DNA of 53,756 nt from a plasmid. The DNA is taken from the sequence record NZ_CP033797.1; one strand, 5' to 3'. Positions 1 through 8,469 of this stretch are shown in pieces; the stretch's first letter is position 1; every line of letters starts with the position of its first letter. Both the position numbers and the translations under genes were made by a program. A model generated the notes under the pieces. It was not told where the DNA came from and ran no database searches. It saw only the letters and a list, made by a program, of their open reading frames with translations.

Positions 1-247
1 TCATCACGGGCAATTCTGATTCCCGGCTCATATAGTCAATACTGTTTCTTATCCCTTGTCGGGTGATTGCACCGCCTGATATTTTTACAACCACTTCCTT
101 ACTGGCACCCTTTCGGTTGATACGTTCCTGTACGTTACGCTGATAGTTCTTACCACCATTTTTCACTTTATGGGCAAAAGCAGATTTGCGGCCAGCTTCA
201 GAGGATTTACGTTTTACCCGGTATTCTTTATCAACGGAAACGCCCAT
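1..247 (-). CDS. taxC: MOBP-type conjugative relaxase TaxC, N-terminal part; the ORF continues in frame across the window junction into 52843..53756
   Basis: ATG (reverse complement) at 245-247 preceded by GGAGG. Translation MGVSVDKEYRVKRK...SIDYMSRESELPVM stays open to position 1. Joining with the window end gives ...PVM|SESGQVWKGDEIQEAKEHMVDRANDP in frame with the 52843..53703 ORF. Confidence 0.8.
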   Translation of the reverse strand, partial: MGVSVDKEYRVKRKSSEAGRKSAFAHKVKNGGKNYQRNVQERINRKGASKEVVVKISGGAITRQGIRNSIDYMSRESELPVM

Positions 248-249
248 TA

Positions 250-798
250 TTACACCTCCACCTTATTAGATACAGTTCGACCTTTGCATAACATTATGTA
301 GTTTTCAAACTCACTTTTAAGATTAATGATTTCTGTTTTAAGCTTTTCTGCATCCTGATAGAACCCATCTTTATCAAGAACTCTTGCCTGATCATTAAGG
401 ATGATGTAGTGAAAATTCCGGCCTACTTTATCGATAGCATTGCGACACCGATTCATCATAAGAAGTTCTTGATCAAAGAAATCCAGTTCATTATCTAAGG
501 TGGTCTGAATACGGTAGCGGCACTCTCTGGACAAAGTCCATCCATGACGCTTTGCGGCTTTTTCTATTTTATTCCGCTGTTTCATTGTTAAATACATTGT
601 AGTTTTGATAAAATCATTAGTATCTGGCATAAAGTTATCATTATCATCTTCTGTTACTTTGCTTTTAAGTAAAGCACTGGCAAGCAATTTCATGCCTTTA
701 GCAACAGTTAAACCAGGCTCATCTGGATAAATAACCTTCAGACATTCAAGTAGATTATCATGCTGTTTTTCTTCTAGTCTGAAATTAATTTGCTTCAT
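250..798 (-). CDS. taxA: Relaxosome accessory protein TaxA-like (NikA/MobC-type RHH N-terminus)
   Basis: True start MKQINFRLEEKQHDNLLECL (RHH-like beta strand) after GGAGG. Lies 2 nt upstream of the taxC start and next to the oriT-like inverted repeat. The listed ORF begins 13 codons earlier, inside the repeat. Confidence 0.55.
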   Translation of the reverse strand: MKQINFRLEEKQHDNLLECLKVIYPDEPGLTVAKGMKLLASALLKSKVTEDDNDNFMPDTNDFIKTTMYLTMKQRNKIEKAAKRHGWTLSRECRYRIQTTLDNELDFFDQELLMMNRCRNAIDKVGRNFHYIILNDQARVLDKDGFYQDAEKLKTEIINLKSEFENYIMLCKGRTVSNKVEV

Positions 799-886
799 AA
801 ATCCTCCAACAAGAACCGACTGTAGGTCACCGGGCAAACGAGTAAAATGCTAGCATTTTGCGGCGTTTGCCCTATCCTGCATCGCT
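793..886. repeat. Inverted-repeat copy A (~93 bp, 1 mismatch versus copy B), oriT-like; contains palindrome AAAATGCTAGCATTTT plus the promoter, RBS and first two codons of taxA
   Basis: Reverse complement of 793..886 matches 6650..6742 (gcgatgcagga[t/c]agggcaaacgccgcaaaatgctagcattttactcgtttgcccggtgacctacagtcggttcttgttggaggatttatgaag). Confidence 0.85.
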
Positions 887-1075
887 GTGATCTAGTACTA
901 GTCTTGAATTGTGCTTCAGCGTCGAGGAAAAAGCAAAACTGAAGGGCTGTCATGGCTGAAGGTTTCGCTTGTCTACGACCGGAAACATCTCAATGGCTGT
1001 GAGCTATGTGGGATAAGGTTCGCTACGCGAACGGTCTGGCAGGGGGCGCAAGCGCTGTCTTGCAGAGTATATAAA

Positions 1076-1106
1076 AAAGCACCTCCCGCAAACGGGAGGG
1101 CTTCGG
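1076..1106 (-). terminator. Rho-independent terminator for the 1126..1383 gene
   Basis: Minus-strand hairpin GCCCTCCCG-TTTG-CGGGAGG followed by TTTTTT, immediately after the stop of the 85-aa gene. Confidence 0.6.
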
Positions 1107-1125
1107 CGATTCATGACGTGTGAAA

Positions 1126-1383
1126 CTATTCAGGGTCTGGTGTGTCGCCTACCATGCCCTGACGGGCATCACACAACCAGCGGCGTAAGTTGCTCATTCT
1201 TTCCCTGTTTGCGTGGCTTGGTCTTTTCCCTCTGTTTCCGGTTAAAACTCTCCAAACCCTCAGCCCTTCTTTATTCGTCCAGTGAATGACTATTTCACCT
1301 TTACTGTTGAATGCAAGGGAAAAACGAACCGCACCTTCTTTTTGTTGATCACTGATAAAAGTTAAAAACTCCTGCTTTGTCAT
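1126..1383 (-). CDS. Hypothetical protein (85 aa)
   Basis: ORF with terminator downstream; no recognisable motif. Confidence 0.4.
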   Translation of the reverse strand: MTKQEFLTFISDQQKEGAVRFSLAFNSKGEIVIHWTNKEGLRVWRVLTGNRGKRPSHANRERMSNLRRWLCDARQGMVGDTPDPE

Positions 1384-1625
1384 AAAACCTCCAATGTTTC
1401 ATTTACCAGTGAATCTATGCGCTCGTCTTTCCAGCGCTTTTTTGAGCTGATCCATGAACTCAGGGAATGCAGAGAACGGCATGATGGGAAAGACAGGGCG
1501 AGCGCCCTTTTCAACAGCCTGTATTGCTGATAGCATACGTTCCGACATTAGATATTCCTCGCGTGGGAATGAGTGTCACGGTATCAGGTTGCTCCAACAA
1601 CCTGATACCACCTTCTTTTAAAACA

Positions 1626-1967
1626 TCAGTTTTTATTCAAAAGATTAATCACCTCTCTTTTAGCTTCATTCTGCTCCTTCGTTGTGAAGGCAAAATTGAA
1701 CCATGATTCAATCTCTCTTAAAACGCCTTCTTTTGACAGGCCACATTCGTTGAACCAGAATGTTACGTTCTTTTTAAGTGAGTTAATCGCGCTAAGTTCG
1801 TTGTTATCTACTTCGCGAACAGACAAAGTAATGTAACCACGACCCCGGTTTTTTTCTTCGAATGTATGAATGGCAAGAAAAAGTGTTTCTGACTGGATGA
1901 AGGATATGCAGTTTATGGTTTCTTTTTTAACGTTTACTGATTTAAAATCGATGGCATAAGTTTTCAT
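1626..1967 (-). CDS. Hypothetical protein (113 aa)
   Basis: ORF immediately downstream of copy 1 of the duplicated 88-bp promoter/operator module. Confidence 0.45.
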   Translation of the reverse strand: MKTYAIDFKSVNVKKETINCISFIQSETLFLAIHTFEEKNRGRGYITLSVREVDNNELSAINSLKKNVTFWFNECGLSKEGVLREIESWFNFAFTTKEQNEAKREVINLLNKN

Positions 1968-1972
1968 TTTTA

Positions 1973-2060
1973 CTCCCGCCCGTTTGGGCTACTGGATTAA
2001 GGCAAGGAATCATTCCTAACCAACAAATTCAGTATACCATCATATGATGGTAATGCAATT
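1973..2060 (-). promoter_or_regulatory. 88-bp promoter/operator module, copy 1, with 18-bp perfect palindrome TACCATCATATGATGGTA (2035..2052)
   Basis: Direct repeat of 3682..3769 with about 7 mismatches. Lies directly upstream of the minus-strand gene 1626..1967. Confidence 0.7.
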
Positions 2061-2063
2061 ATT

Positions 2064-2303
2064 TTAATCCCTTTCTTTTAGAATTTCTCCACGCTTTACA
2101 AGTTGGTAAACAGGATGTTCATCAGCCAGGAGTAAAAGCATTTCATAAGTACCGGCTGCTAAACCGCGTGAAGTTTTTCCGGTAGTTTCTTTAGCCTGCC
2201 ATGCTGACAAAGTGAAGCCAAAACGATCTGCGGCTTCCTGCTGTGTAAATCCAGCTTTAATGCGAGCGTTTTTCACCTCTTCCGGCGTTGGTTTATCAAT
2301 CAT
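2064..2303 (-). CDS. XRE/Cro-type HTH DNA-binding protein (79 aa); candidate operon repressor or antitoxin
   Basis: ARIKAGFTQQEAADRFGFTLSAWQAKE helix-turn-helix. Overlaps the upstream 93-aa gene by 8 nt. Confidence 0.6.
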   Translation of the reverse strand: MIDKPTPEEVKNARIKAGFTQQEAADRFGFTLSAWQAKETTGKTSRGLAAGTYEMLLLLADEHPVYQLVKRGEILKERD

Positions 2304-2577
2304 ATTTTTTCACCTTCAACAATGTATCGACACAAAATTGCAATAATATTGGGTCTTCAATTTCATTCTTTACCCTATCAAATTCATCTTTGAAAAAAGA
2401 CTGCTGATAAACAATCTTTTTTGTTGTTTTCTTTTCAGATTCTTTTGCTCTAACCTTCATCAGTTTTTCCAGCTCGATGAAGATGCGTCCTGAATCTTCA
2501 GAAACAACAATTCTGTATGTAACATTACCTTTGTTTTTTCTGTCACTCAGTATTTCATCCATTATAATTACCTTCAT
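2296..2577 (-). CDS. Hypothetical protein (93 aa); possible toxin partner of the downstream HTH gene
   Basis: ORF with 4-nt overlap to the upstream gene and 8-nt overlap to the HTH gene. Confidence 0.4.
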   Translation of the reverse strand: MKVIIMDEILSDRKNKGNVTYRIVVSEDSGRIFIELEKLMKVRAKESEKKTTKKIVYQQSFFKDEFDRVKNEIEDPILLQFCVDTLLKVKKYD

Positions 2578-3116
2578 AGTTGTTTAATTAAGCCGGATAA
2601 CTTTACGAGCTGATCTATGTCCAATCCCCGAATCAGGACTTCATAACCATCACCACGCTCTGTCACATGCCCATTCAAACCATTTACAGCTTTAAACCCT
2701 GTTAACGTTCCGTGCCAGTTTTCAAGCTTAACAAGTTGTGACAACATGCCTTTCAGTATTTGCCTTTCTTCCCGCTTTTTCTGTAGTTTCTTCTCATACT
2801 CTCGCGAAGTTTCAACATCGTGTAATGCATTTATAAGTATTTTCTTTTCAATATCTGCGGCTATCTCTACGGGGTTACGCTGTGGTGATACAGTGCATGT
2901 ATGACATGGACTACGCCAGTTACGGCTATCCACGCTGCCTATGATAGCTAACCTTCCTTTGTCCATTCGAATGTGTACAGAATAATTTTTAAATCGTGGC
3001 GACGTTAGTTTTATACGATATTGACAATCATCCAGCAGGTTTACGCGCCAGCCGTTCCCCAGGATACGGCAGACGATTTCAAAAACAGGCCGATAGAGCA
3101 AGAAAAATGATTTCAT
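2574..3116 (-). CDS. Hypothetical protein (180 aa)
   Basis: ORF in the operon downstream of the dnaJ-like gene. Confidence 0.45.
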   Translation of the reverse strand: MKSFFLLYRPVFEIVCRILGNGWRVNLLDDCQYRIKLTSPRFKNYSVHIRMDKGRLAIIGSVDSRNWRSPCHTCTVSPQRNPVEIAADIEKKILINALHDVETSREYEKKLQKKREERQILKGMLSQLVKLENWHGTLTGFKAVNGLNGHVTERGDGYEVLIRGLDIDQLVKLSGLIKQL

Positions 3117-3159
3117 AAACTCACCTTTAAAGTGTTGGGGGCTTTCGCCCCCGTTTTAA

Positions 3160-3675
3160 CTATGCTCTGTTTTCTACTTTCTGCCTGCCAGCTGCTTTAC
3201 GCTTCCCGGCAGTGCCGTACATCTCGCGGATTTCATCAATACTGTGTTCTTTTCGGTTCCAGCGGCTCTTATGTTCTTCAGGACGGTAAAACCACTGTTT
3301 TTTCTTCGCTGCCCATTTGCAACCTATTTCTTTCAACGTGTCTTTATGTTCGCGAGTTTCCCCACTAATCCAGATCCAGTTGCCTATAACTTCATAAACT
3401 AAACCTGATAACCCGGTGAGTACGTTCAACACGCTTTCCATATCGTCACCGTAGTTATAGTGTGCGTTTTCATCGGTGCTCTGAAACGAATTAATTTTAT
3501 CGATGTTTGCCATCAGAAAATCAAAAGCAGCGTTTACAGCTTTCATCAGTTCAGCGCCTAACGGATTACGGTCTGGATGATATTTTAAAGCCGCTTTTTT
3601 ATATGCAGCCTTGATATCCTTTTCAGTCAATTCACCAGATAAACCAAAGACGTTTAATGCTTCCTGAATGTTCAT
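3160..3675 (-). CDS. J-domain (DnaJ-like) protein (171 aa)
   Basis: KAAYKKAALKYHPDRNP carries the HPD J-domain motif; first gene after promoter-module copy 2. Confidence 0.75.
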   Translation of the reverse strand: MNIQEALNVFGLSGELTEKDIKAAYKKAALKYHPDRNPLGAELMKAVNAAFDFLMANIDKINSFQSTDENAHYNYGDDMESVLNVLTGLSGLVYEVIGNWIWISGETREHKDTLKEIGCKWAAKKKQWFYRPEEHKSRWNRKEHSIDEIREMYGTAGKRKAAGRQKVENRA

Positions 3676-3681
3676 GCTTTT

Positions 3682-3769
3682 CTCCCGCCCGTTTGGGCTG
3701 CTGGATTAAGGTAGGGAGCCATTCCCAACCAACAAATTCAGTATACCATCATATGATGGTAATACAATT
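3682..3769 (-). promoter_or_regulatory. 88-bp promoter/operator module, copy 2, with palindrome TACCATCATATGATGGTA (3744..3761)
   Basis: Direct repeat of 1973..2060; upstream of the dnaJ-like operon. Confidence 0.7.
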
Positions 3770-3780
3770 GTTTTTGATTG

Positions 3781-3830
3781 CTTTGTAGTGTAAAGACACT
3801 ATAAAGACAGCGAATGCTTTACGCTGTTGA
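3781..3830. repeat. Cluster of AAAGAC/GTCTTTA motifs (same motif family as the par centromere repeats)
   Basis: gtaaagacactataaagacag...ctttacgctg resembles the repeats at 8385..8450 and 9140..9300. Confidence 0.4.
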
Positions 3831-4870
3831 ACCGTGTTTCAAAGAGGCGCGAACTGTTGTCACATTTTGCATACTCGTTACATCGCGCCGGGGACGTTCG
3901 CCAGTATTGGCGAACCAACAAGCCTGGATATGAGCAATAACCTCCTCTCCCCTGCTAAGCCAATTTCTGACTATCAGACGGCGTTTAGCCTGTCGCAGTT
4001 AGCGCGTGAGCTGGCGAACGGTACGCCGGGGCAGTGTGAAGCACTGGCGCGGGGCGCTGTATCTGCGCGTTATGAGGTGCGTTAGCAGCGCATTACGTGG
4101 CGAGTAGCTGAAACCAATTGATGCCTGACGAACTCTGACAGCAAAAAAACAATCAGGCCGCCAGCTGCTGGGCGACAATAGCCAGCAAAAAGTAACTGAC
4201 CATCATTGCCGGTCGTAAAATTTTGCTGGCATCCCATGTAAGCGGAGTTCACTCCTGATCAATTTCCAGCTTGTTACGTTAAACGAGCTGTATGCTGTTC
4301 TAAGCGGGTTTACCCCGTTCTGCTGAACCCTCGTCGGGGTAAACTCACTTAAAACGCCTCTGAGGGCTTCTGAGTGCGTTTTAGTGCTGGATCTAAAAAG
4401 GATCACTCCACGATCCTTTCCCGTTTTTTACGCATAACTTAAAAATCATCTTACTTTTAAGTTATCTTTGCTCAATGTATCTCTTTGATTTAAAAGTTTA
4501 AAACATCTATTTTTTTTTAGTTAAAATTCTTCTCACCTTTTCTCAGACCTAGGTGATCGAGAAACGGCACCGCTCGCCGCAGTCTTTGGCTGAGGCGTAC
4601 CGCAGGAGCATAGCGACGAGGAACGAACAGCCAAAGCGAGGAAGCGGAATATCTGCTGCTCTGACAGAGAGCACGTACACTCAATGGCTAAAATATGAAC
4701 ACCTTATGTTTTGCTCCAACTTCCGAAGGTTAGAAGGATCTATCCTCTGGGTTTATGCTGAGTTATCCACAGGTACTGTGCATTAAAAGCCTTATATATA
4801 TTTTCTTTTCTTAAAGATCTTAAAGAATTAGAGGTTTTTAATTATCTGATATATATAGGAAAAATAAGCT

Positions 4871-5002
4871 AAACATGATGGTGGATGCGATGAAACATGA
4901 TGATAAATGCGATTAAACATGATGGGAAATGCGACGAGGCATGATGAAAAATGCGTTTTACCATGATGGAAAATGCGACGAAACATGATGGAAAATGCGA
5001 CG
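4871..5002. repeat. Gamma-ori-type iteron array: six contiguous 22-bp iterons (AAACATGATGNNNNATGCGANN) preceded by an A+T-rich segment (about 4790..4870)
   Basis: Tandem 22-mers aaacatgatggtggatgcgatg / aaacatgatgataaatgcgatt / aaacatgatgggaaatgcgacg / aggcatgatgaaaaatgcgttt / taccatgatggaaaatgcgacg / aaacatgatggaaaatgcgacg. No spacers, so not CRISPR. Confidence 0.85.
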
Positions 5003-5125
5003 CTATTAACAGCTTGATTTAAAAGCTTCATATCTGAAGATCTTTGTATGTGAAGTCATCAAGGCGTGCGTTTTATGAGCACATTGGCTGGAGCCTGTCT
5101 GGTTTCGCTGAGTCGCTAAGCGGAC

Positions 5126-5169
5126 AAACATGATGATAAATGCGAATAAACATGATGGAAAAAATAACT
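5126..5169. promoter_or_regulatory. Two further iterons in the pir promoter region (autoregulation operator)
   Basis: aaacatgatgataaatgcgaat and aaacatgatggaaaaaataact, followed by an inverted half-site tcatcatgtt, about 45 bp upstream of pir. Confidence 0.6.
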
Positions 5170-5211
5170 TCATCATGTTAATGTGGCTACTCTTTAGTGA
5201 GAGGTTTTATG

Positions 5212-6111
5212 AGAATAAAAGTTATGAAAAATGTAACTGAAAAAACGAAGATTCGTCACAGGAACGAAATAAATAAAACTCTGGCTCAACTTCCATTGGC
5301 AGCCAAAAGGGTTCTGTGTCTGGCCTTGGTTTATGTTGATCCAAAAAAAGAAATGAAAATGGGGCAGACCTTTAAAATTCGGGCTGATATGTACGCAAAG
5401 ATAGCCGGAATACATCCTTCTGTTGCTTATAAGCAAGTCAAGGAAGGTGCTGAATTGTTAAATGTCAGTAAACTTTCCCTTACGGGGAATGATATGAAGG
5501 AATTAGCAAAGGAACTTGGTCTTCCAAATTCAAAAAACATCGACCGCCTTGACTTATCGATTACTGATTATTGTGCATATAACCAAAATGAGGGATTTGT
5601 AATTCTAAGATTTGGATACACTATCACGCCTTATATATCAAGATTAATTGGGGCGGAAAATAAATTCACAACACAACTAATTGCGTCCTCATTAAAATTG
5701 AGAGGGGAGTATTCGTGGTCATTGTATCAGTTAATTAGGAAGAATTACTCAACGTTTAAAGGGAAAAATTCATTTAGCCTATCTCTGGAAGAGTTGAAGG
5801 ATGAACTTATTGCTTACAATATTGATGATAATGGAGATATTATATATAAGTATCCAGAGTACCCTATATTCAAGCGAGAGGTAATAAATAAGGCTATCAA
5901 AGAAATAAAAGAAAAAACTGAGGTGACTTTCCTGTCTTGCGTTGTCGATGAAAAAGAAGGAAGGAAAGTTAGTAAGTTACGATTTGAATACGCTATAGAT
6001 GAAGATAAATTTGCCGAATCAGGCTCTGATTTTCCTATAGAGTTATTTGACGATGATGATTCTGCTTTTCTTGAGGAGTTTGATAGAAAAGTACCACCCA
6101 AAAAGAAATGA
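5212..6111 (+). CDS. pir: Replication initiator pi protein (R6K Pir-like, iteron-binding Rep)
   Basis: MRIKVMKNVTEKTKIRHRNEINKTLAQLPL... recognised as R6K pi (MRLKVMMDVNKKTKIRHRNELNHTLAQLPL...). Start chosen after the GAGAGG RBS; sits downstream of the iterons. Confidence 0.9.
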   Translation, partial: RIKVMKNVTEKTKIRHRNEINKTLAQLPLAAKRVLCLALVYVDPKKEMKMGQTFKIRADMYAKIAGIHPSVAYKQVKEGAELLNVSKLSLTGNDMKELAKELGLPNSKNIDRLDLSITDYCAYNQNEGFVILRFGYTITPYISRLIGAENKFTTQLIASSLKLRGEYSWSLYQLIRKNYSTFKGKNSFSLSLEELKDELIAYNIDDNGDIIYKYPEYPIFKREVINKAIKEIKEKTEVTFLSCVVDEKEGRKVSKLRFEYAIDEDKFAESGSDFPIELFDDDDSAFLEEFDRKVPPKKK

Positions 6112-6119
6112 GGTGAGTT

Positions 6120-6563
6120 ATGGCTAAAATCTATGATTTCCCGCTGGGCGCAGAGCGAGACAAACTAAGGCATGAAATTGACAGGGAACGTAAAAAGCAA
6201 CGTAGAGTAAAAACGGGCAATCCGTTTATCCGACACGTTAAATGGTTCTGTTTTTATCTTCGCCTTGTCACAGCTGGCGCACTGCATGTAGTTTCTGTTA
6301 TTACCCTGGCTGTATTGGGGGCTTTCAGTAAGGCTATTTTCTGGATTGGCGGGATGGTTTGTGTCGTCACATGGTTTCACCTTGAGCGCCAGTTCTGGAC
6401 ACCACATAATTTCACGATCCCTGTTATCGTAAGCCTGTGGGGATTGAGTTTGTTTGCCACTCCCCTAATGGAGCTGATAAACAAAAAAATGCCGTGGTAT
6501 CGTCTCCTGGTTCCTGATGCGAAAGAAGCAAGCACGGAGACACCTGATGATGAGTCGCGGTGA
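6120..6563 (+). CDS. bis: Bis protein (beta-origin replication accessory, R6K-like)
   Basis: Immediately 3' of pir as in R6K; MAKIYDFPLGAERDKLRHEIDRERKKQRR with a hydrophobic C-terminal half. Confidence 0.6.
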   Translation: MAKIYDFPLGAERDKLRHEIDRERKKQRRVKTGNPFIRHVKWFCFYLRLVTAGALHVVSVITLAVLGAFSKAIFWIGGMVCVVTWFHLERQFWTPHNFTIPVIVSLWGLSLFATPLMELINKKMPWYRLLVPDAKEASTETPDDESR

Positions 6564-6649
6564 ACCAGTCGCAAGCTGCCTGCTTGCACTGTGCATGTTT
6601 GCCTTATACCATCGGTTTAGCATAGTGCGCGATGTGAGTTCTTTTCAAT

Positions 6650-6742
6650 GCGATGCAGGACAGGGCAAACGCCGCAAAATGCTAGCATTTTACTCGTTTG
6701 CCCGGTGACCTACAGTCGGTTCTTGTTGGAGGATTTATGAAG
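6650..6742. repeat. Inverted-repeat copy B (oriT-like), supplying promoter, RBS and start codon for the 6737..7093 gene
   Basis: Matches the reverse complement of 793..886. Confidence 0.85.
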
Positions 6743-7093
6743 TTTGATGTAAAAGAGTTTATTGATGATAAATACGCAAAAGCTATTAATATTTTAAAGG
6801 AAAACCTCAAAGAAAACTATCATGTTTTTTATGGGATCAGATTGAGTGAAATTCTTTTTCCTGCCAGTGAGTATGGCTCTGATGCTTTCTTTAAAGAATT
6901 TGAATCAATTAACAGTGTAATACTACCATTAGTAATCTTTGATTTAACACAACGCAAGCCAATGATGATTATCAGCTTCGATAAGATATCTGATGCCAGT
7001 TTGTTGGCAGGGACGGGTATTGTGGTTCTTGAATGTATGGCCCTGTCCGATCTTCTGACAAATGATAATATTGCTATTTTATATAAAATCTAA
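6737..7093 (+). CDS. Hypothetical protein (118 aa), transcribed outward from IR copy B
   Basis: ATG after GGAGG inside the IR; stop codon overlaps the stop of the convergent 7090..8067 gene. Confidence 0.5.
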   Translation: MKFDVKEFIDDKYAKAINILKENLKENYHVFYGIRLSEILFPASEYGSDAFFKEFESINSVILPLVIFDLTQRKPMMIISFDKISDASLLAGTGIVVLECMALSDLLTNDNIAILYKI

Positions 7094-8067
7094 GAATCTT
7101 CTCTCAGTTTATACTTTCTGCTAGGGTCACCAAGTGTTATCGAGTTTAGTTCATGTGAGTAATGGTGTGTATGGTAATGCGCTGGATTTTTCAGATAATC
7201 GGGGAATGATATTATTTTCCCGCAACTAATTGCAGAATAGAACCAGTTACGGAAAGTTTTGTCATTTGTTTTTAGTGCATGTTTTGGAATAAAAACTAAT
7301 TTAATACTGGAAACGTAATTGACAGGATTAAGTATAGTATATCTGTTTTCTACAAACTCTTTTAAAGCATCTGTAAATTCATATTCTGATGTATAAATTT
7401 CTGTCTTATTACTAGGGCGTTTTATCTGGAATATGAATGAATAGTAGTTCTGGTCAAGTATTTCAACGGTGTTTGAATTTATGCTCAGTTGTTCAATAAC
7501 CGCTTCTCTTTTATACTCTAATTTGTCTCTGACAGATTGATATACAACCATTGCTGCATGATGTGAACCACCACTGTTTGAAGCTACATAGCGGTCAAGC
7601 CAGGAGTAATATGTAACATTGATAGAATCGCGAGGGTTGAAACCTTCATGCTCAATGTGCCATATATTATCCTCCCAGTCTGAAATGTTTTCAGCTTTCA
7701 GGTTTTTGGCGGGATACATCCCCTCCCCCCATGAGTAAAGGTTTTTGAACCAACTACCATTTATTACCTTGTTCCATCCACAACCGAAACTTTTCGAGGC
7801 AGTCAGAGACTGTAATTTGTTAAAATCGAAATCCAGAGAGTGTTTTTTATCTGTAGTTATTATGTTACTCAGAATCTCAGCCAGATCCCTGTCAATATAT
7901 CTCAGTGAGTATTCGCTAAATATATTTTCAAGCTGCAATATGGTGTCTGCATCCGCTGTAGGTTCAACTAACTTAATATCAGCAAGATTTTTAAACGTTG
8001 CAGCGGTCAGCTTATGGTGATCTGTCAACCTGTAGAGTTGACAGATTAATTCGGTTAAATATCTCAT
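7090..8067 (-). CDS. Hypothetical protein (325 aa)
   Basis: Long ORF downstream of the par operon; no recognisable domain. Confidence 0.5.
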   Translation of the reverse strand: MRYLTELICQLYRLTDHHKLTAATFKNLADIKLVEPTADADTILQLENIFSEYSLRYIDRDLAEILSNIITTDKKHSLDFDFNKLQSLTASKSFGCGWNKVINGSWFKNLYSWGEGMYPAKNLKAENISDWEDNIWHIEHEGFNPRDSINVTYYSWLDRYVASNSGGSHHAAMVVYQSVRDKLEYKREAVIEQLSINSNTVEILDQNYYSFIFQIKRPSNKTEIYTSEYEFTDALKEFVENRYTILNPVNYVSSIKLVFIPKHALKTNDKTFRNWFYSAISCGKIISFPDYLKNPAHYHTHHYSHELNSITLGDPSRKYKLREDS

Positions 8068-8091
8068 AGATTATCATCCATGCTTCTATGG

Positions 8092-8373
8092 TTAGAATTT
8101 TGCTGATTCCAGTAACCAGTGGTTTTTCTGGTTTTCGTCCAGATTATCAAATGCGGCCAGCGCTGCCTTTAGAACGGTTGTCCTGCTCTGTCCTGTTCTG
8201 ATCGCCTCAGCCTCTAGGATATCGTCAAAGGCTTCAGAAAGCCGGAAATTAACCAGCTTCGCTTTACCTGGTGTTGGCTTCCTTGTGGCTCCAGAGATAA
8301 AGCGTGCTGTTTCTGCGTTTGTTGCCTGTTCTTCTGTCGCCGGAACGGTTGGCGTTTTCAATTTTAAAGCCAT
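8092..8373 (-). CDS. Ribbon-helix-helix partition protein (ParG/CopG-like centromere-binding protein)
   Basis: KLVNFRLSEAFDDILEAEAIRTGQSRTTVLKAALAAF is an RHH fold; downstream of the Walker ATPase and flanked by GTCTTTA repeats. Confidence 0.6.
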   Translation of the reverse strand: MALKLKTPTVPATEEQATNAETARFISGATRKPTPGKAKLVNFRLSEAFDDILEAEAIRTGQSRTTVLKAALAAFDNLDENQKNHWLLESAKF

Positions 8374-8469
8374 ACAAAATCCTCATTAAAGACACTATCT
8401 AAGTGTAAATACTATAGTGTCTTTATGTTGTCTTTACAATGTAAATTTCTATGTATTCGATTGAAATAT

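Noticed and set aside
911-1123. 70-aa plus-strand ORF
   Set aside because: It spans the terminator hairpin of the minus-strand 85-aa gene and has no RBS, so it is likely spurious.
4871-5002. Regular 22-bp repeats that could superficially look like a CRISPR array
   Set aside because: The repeats are contiguous with no spacers and sit with an A+T-rich segment directly upstream of a pi-type Rep gene, so they are replication iterons.
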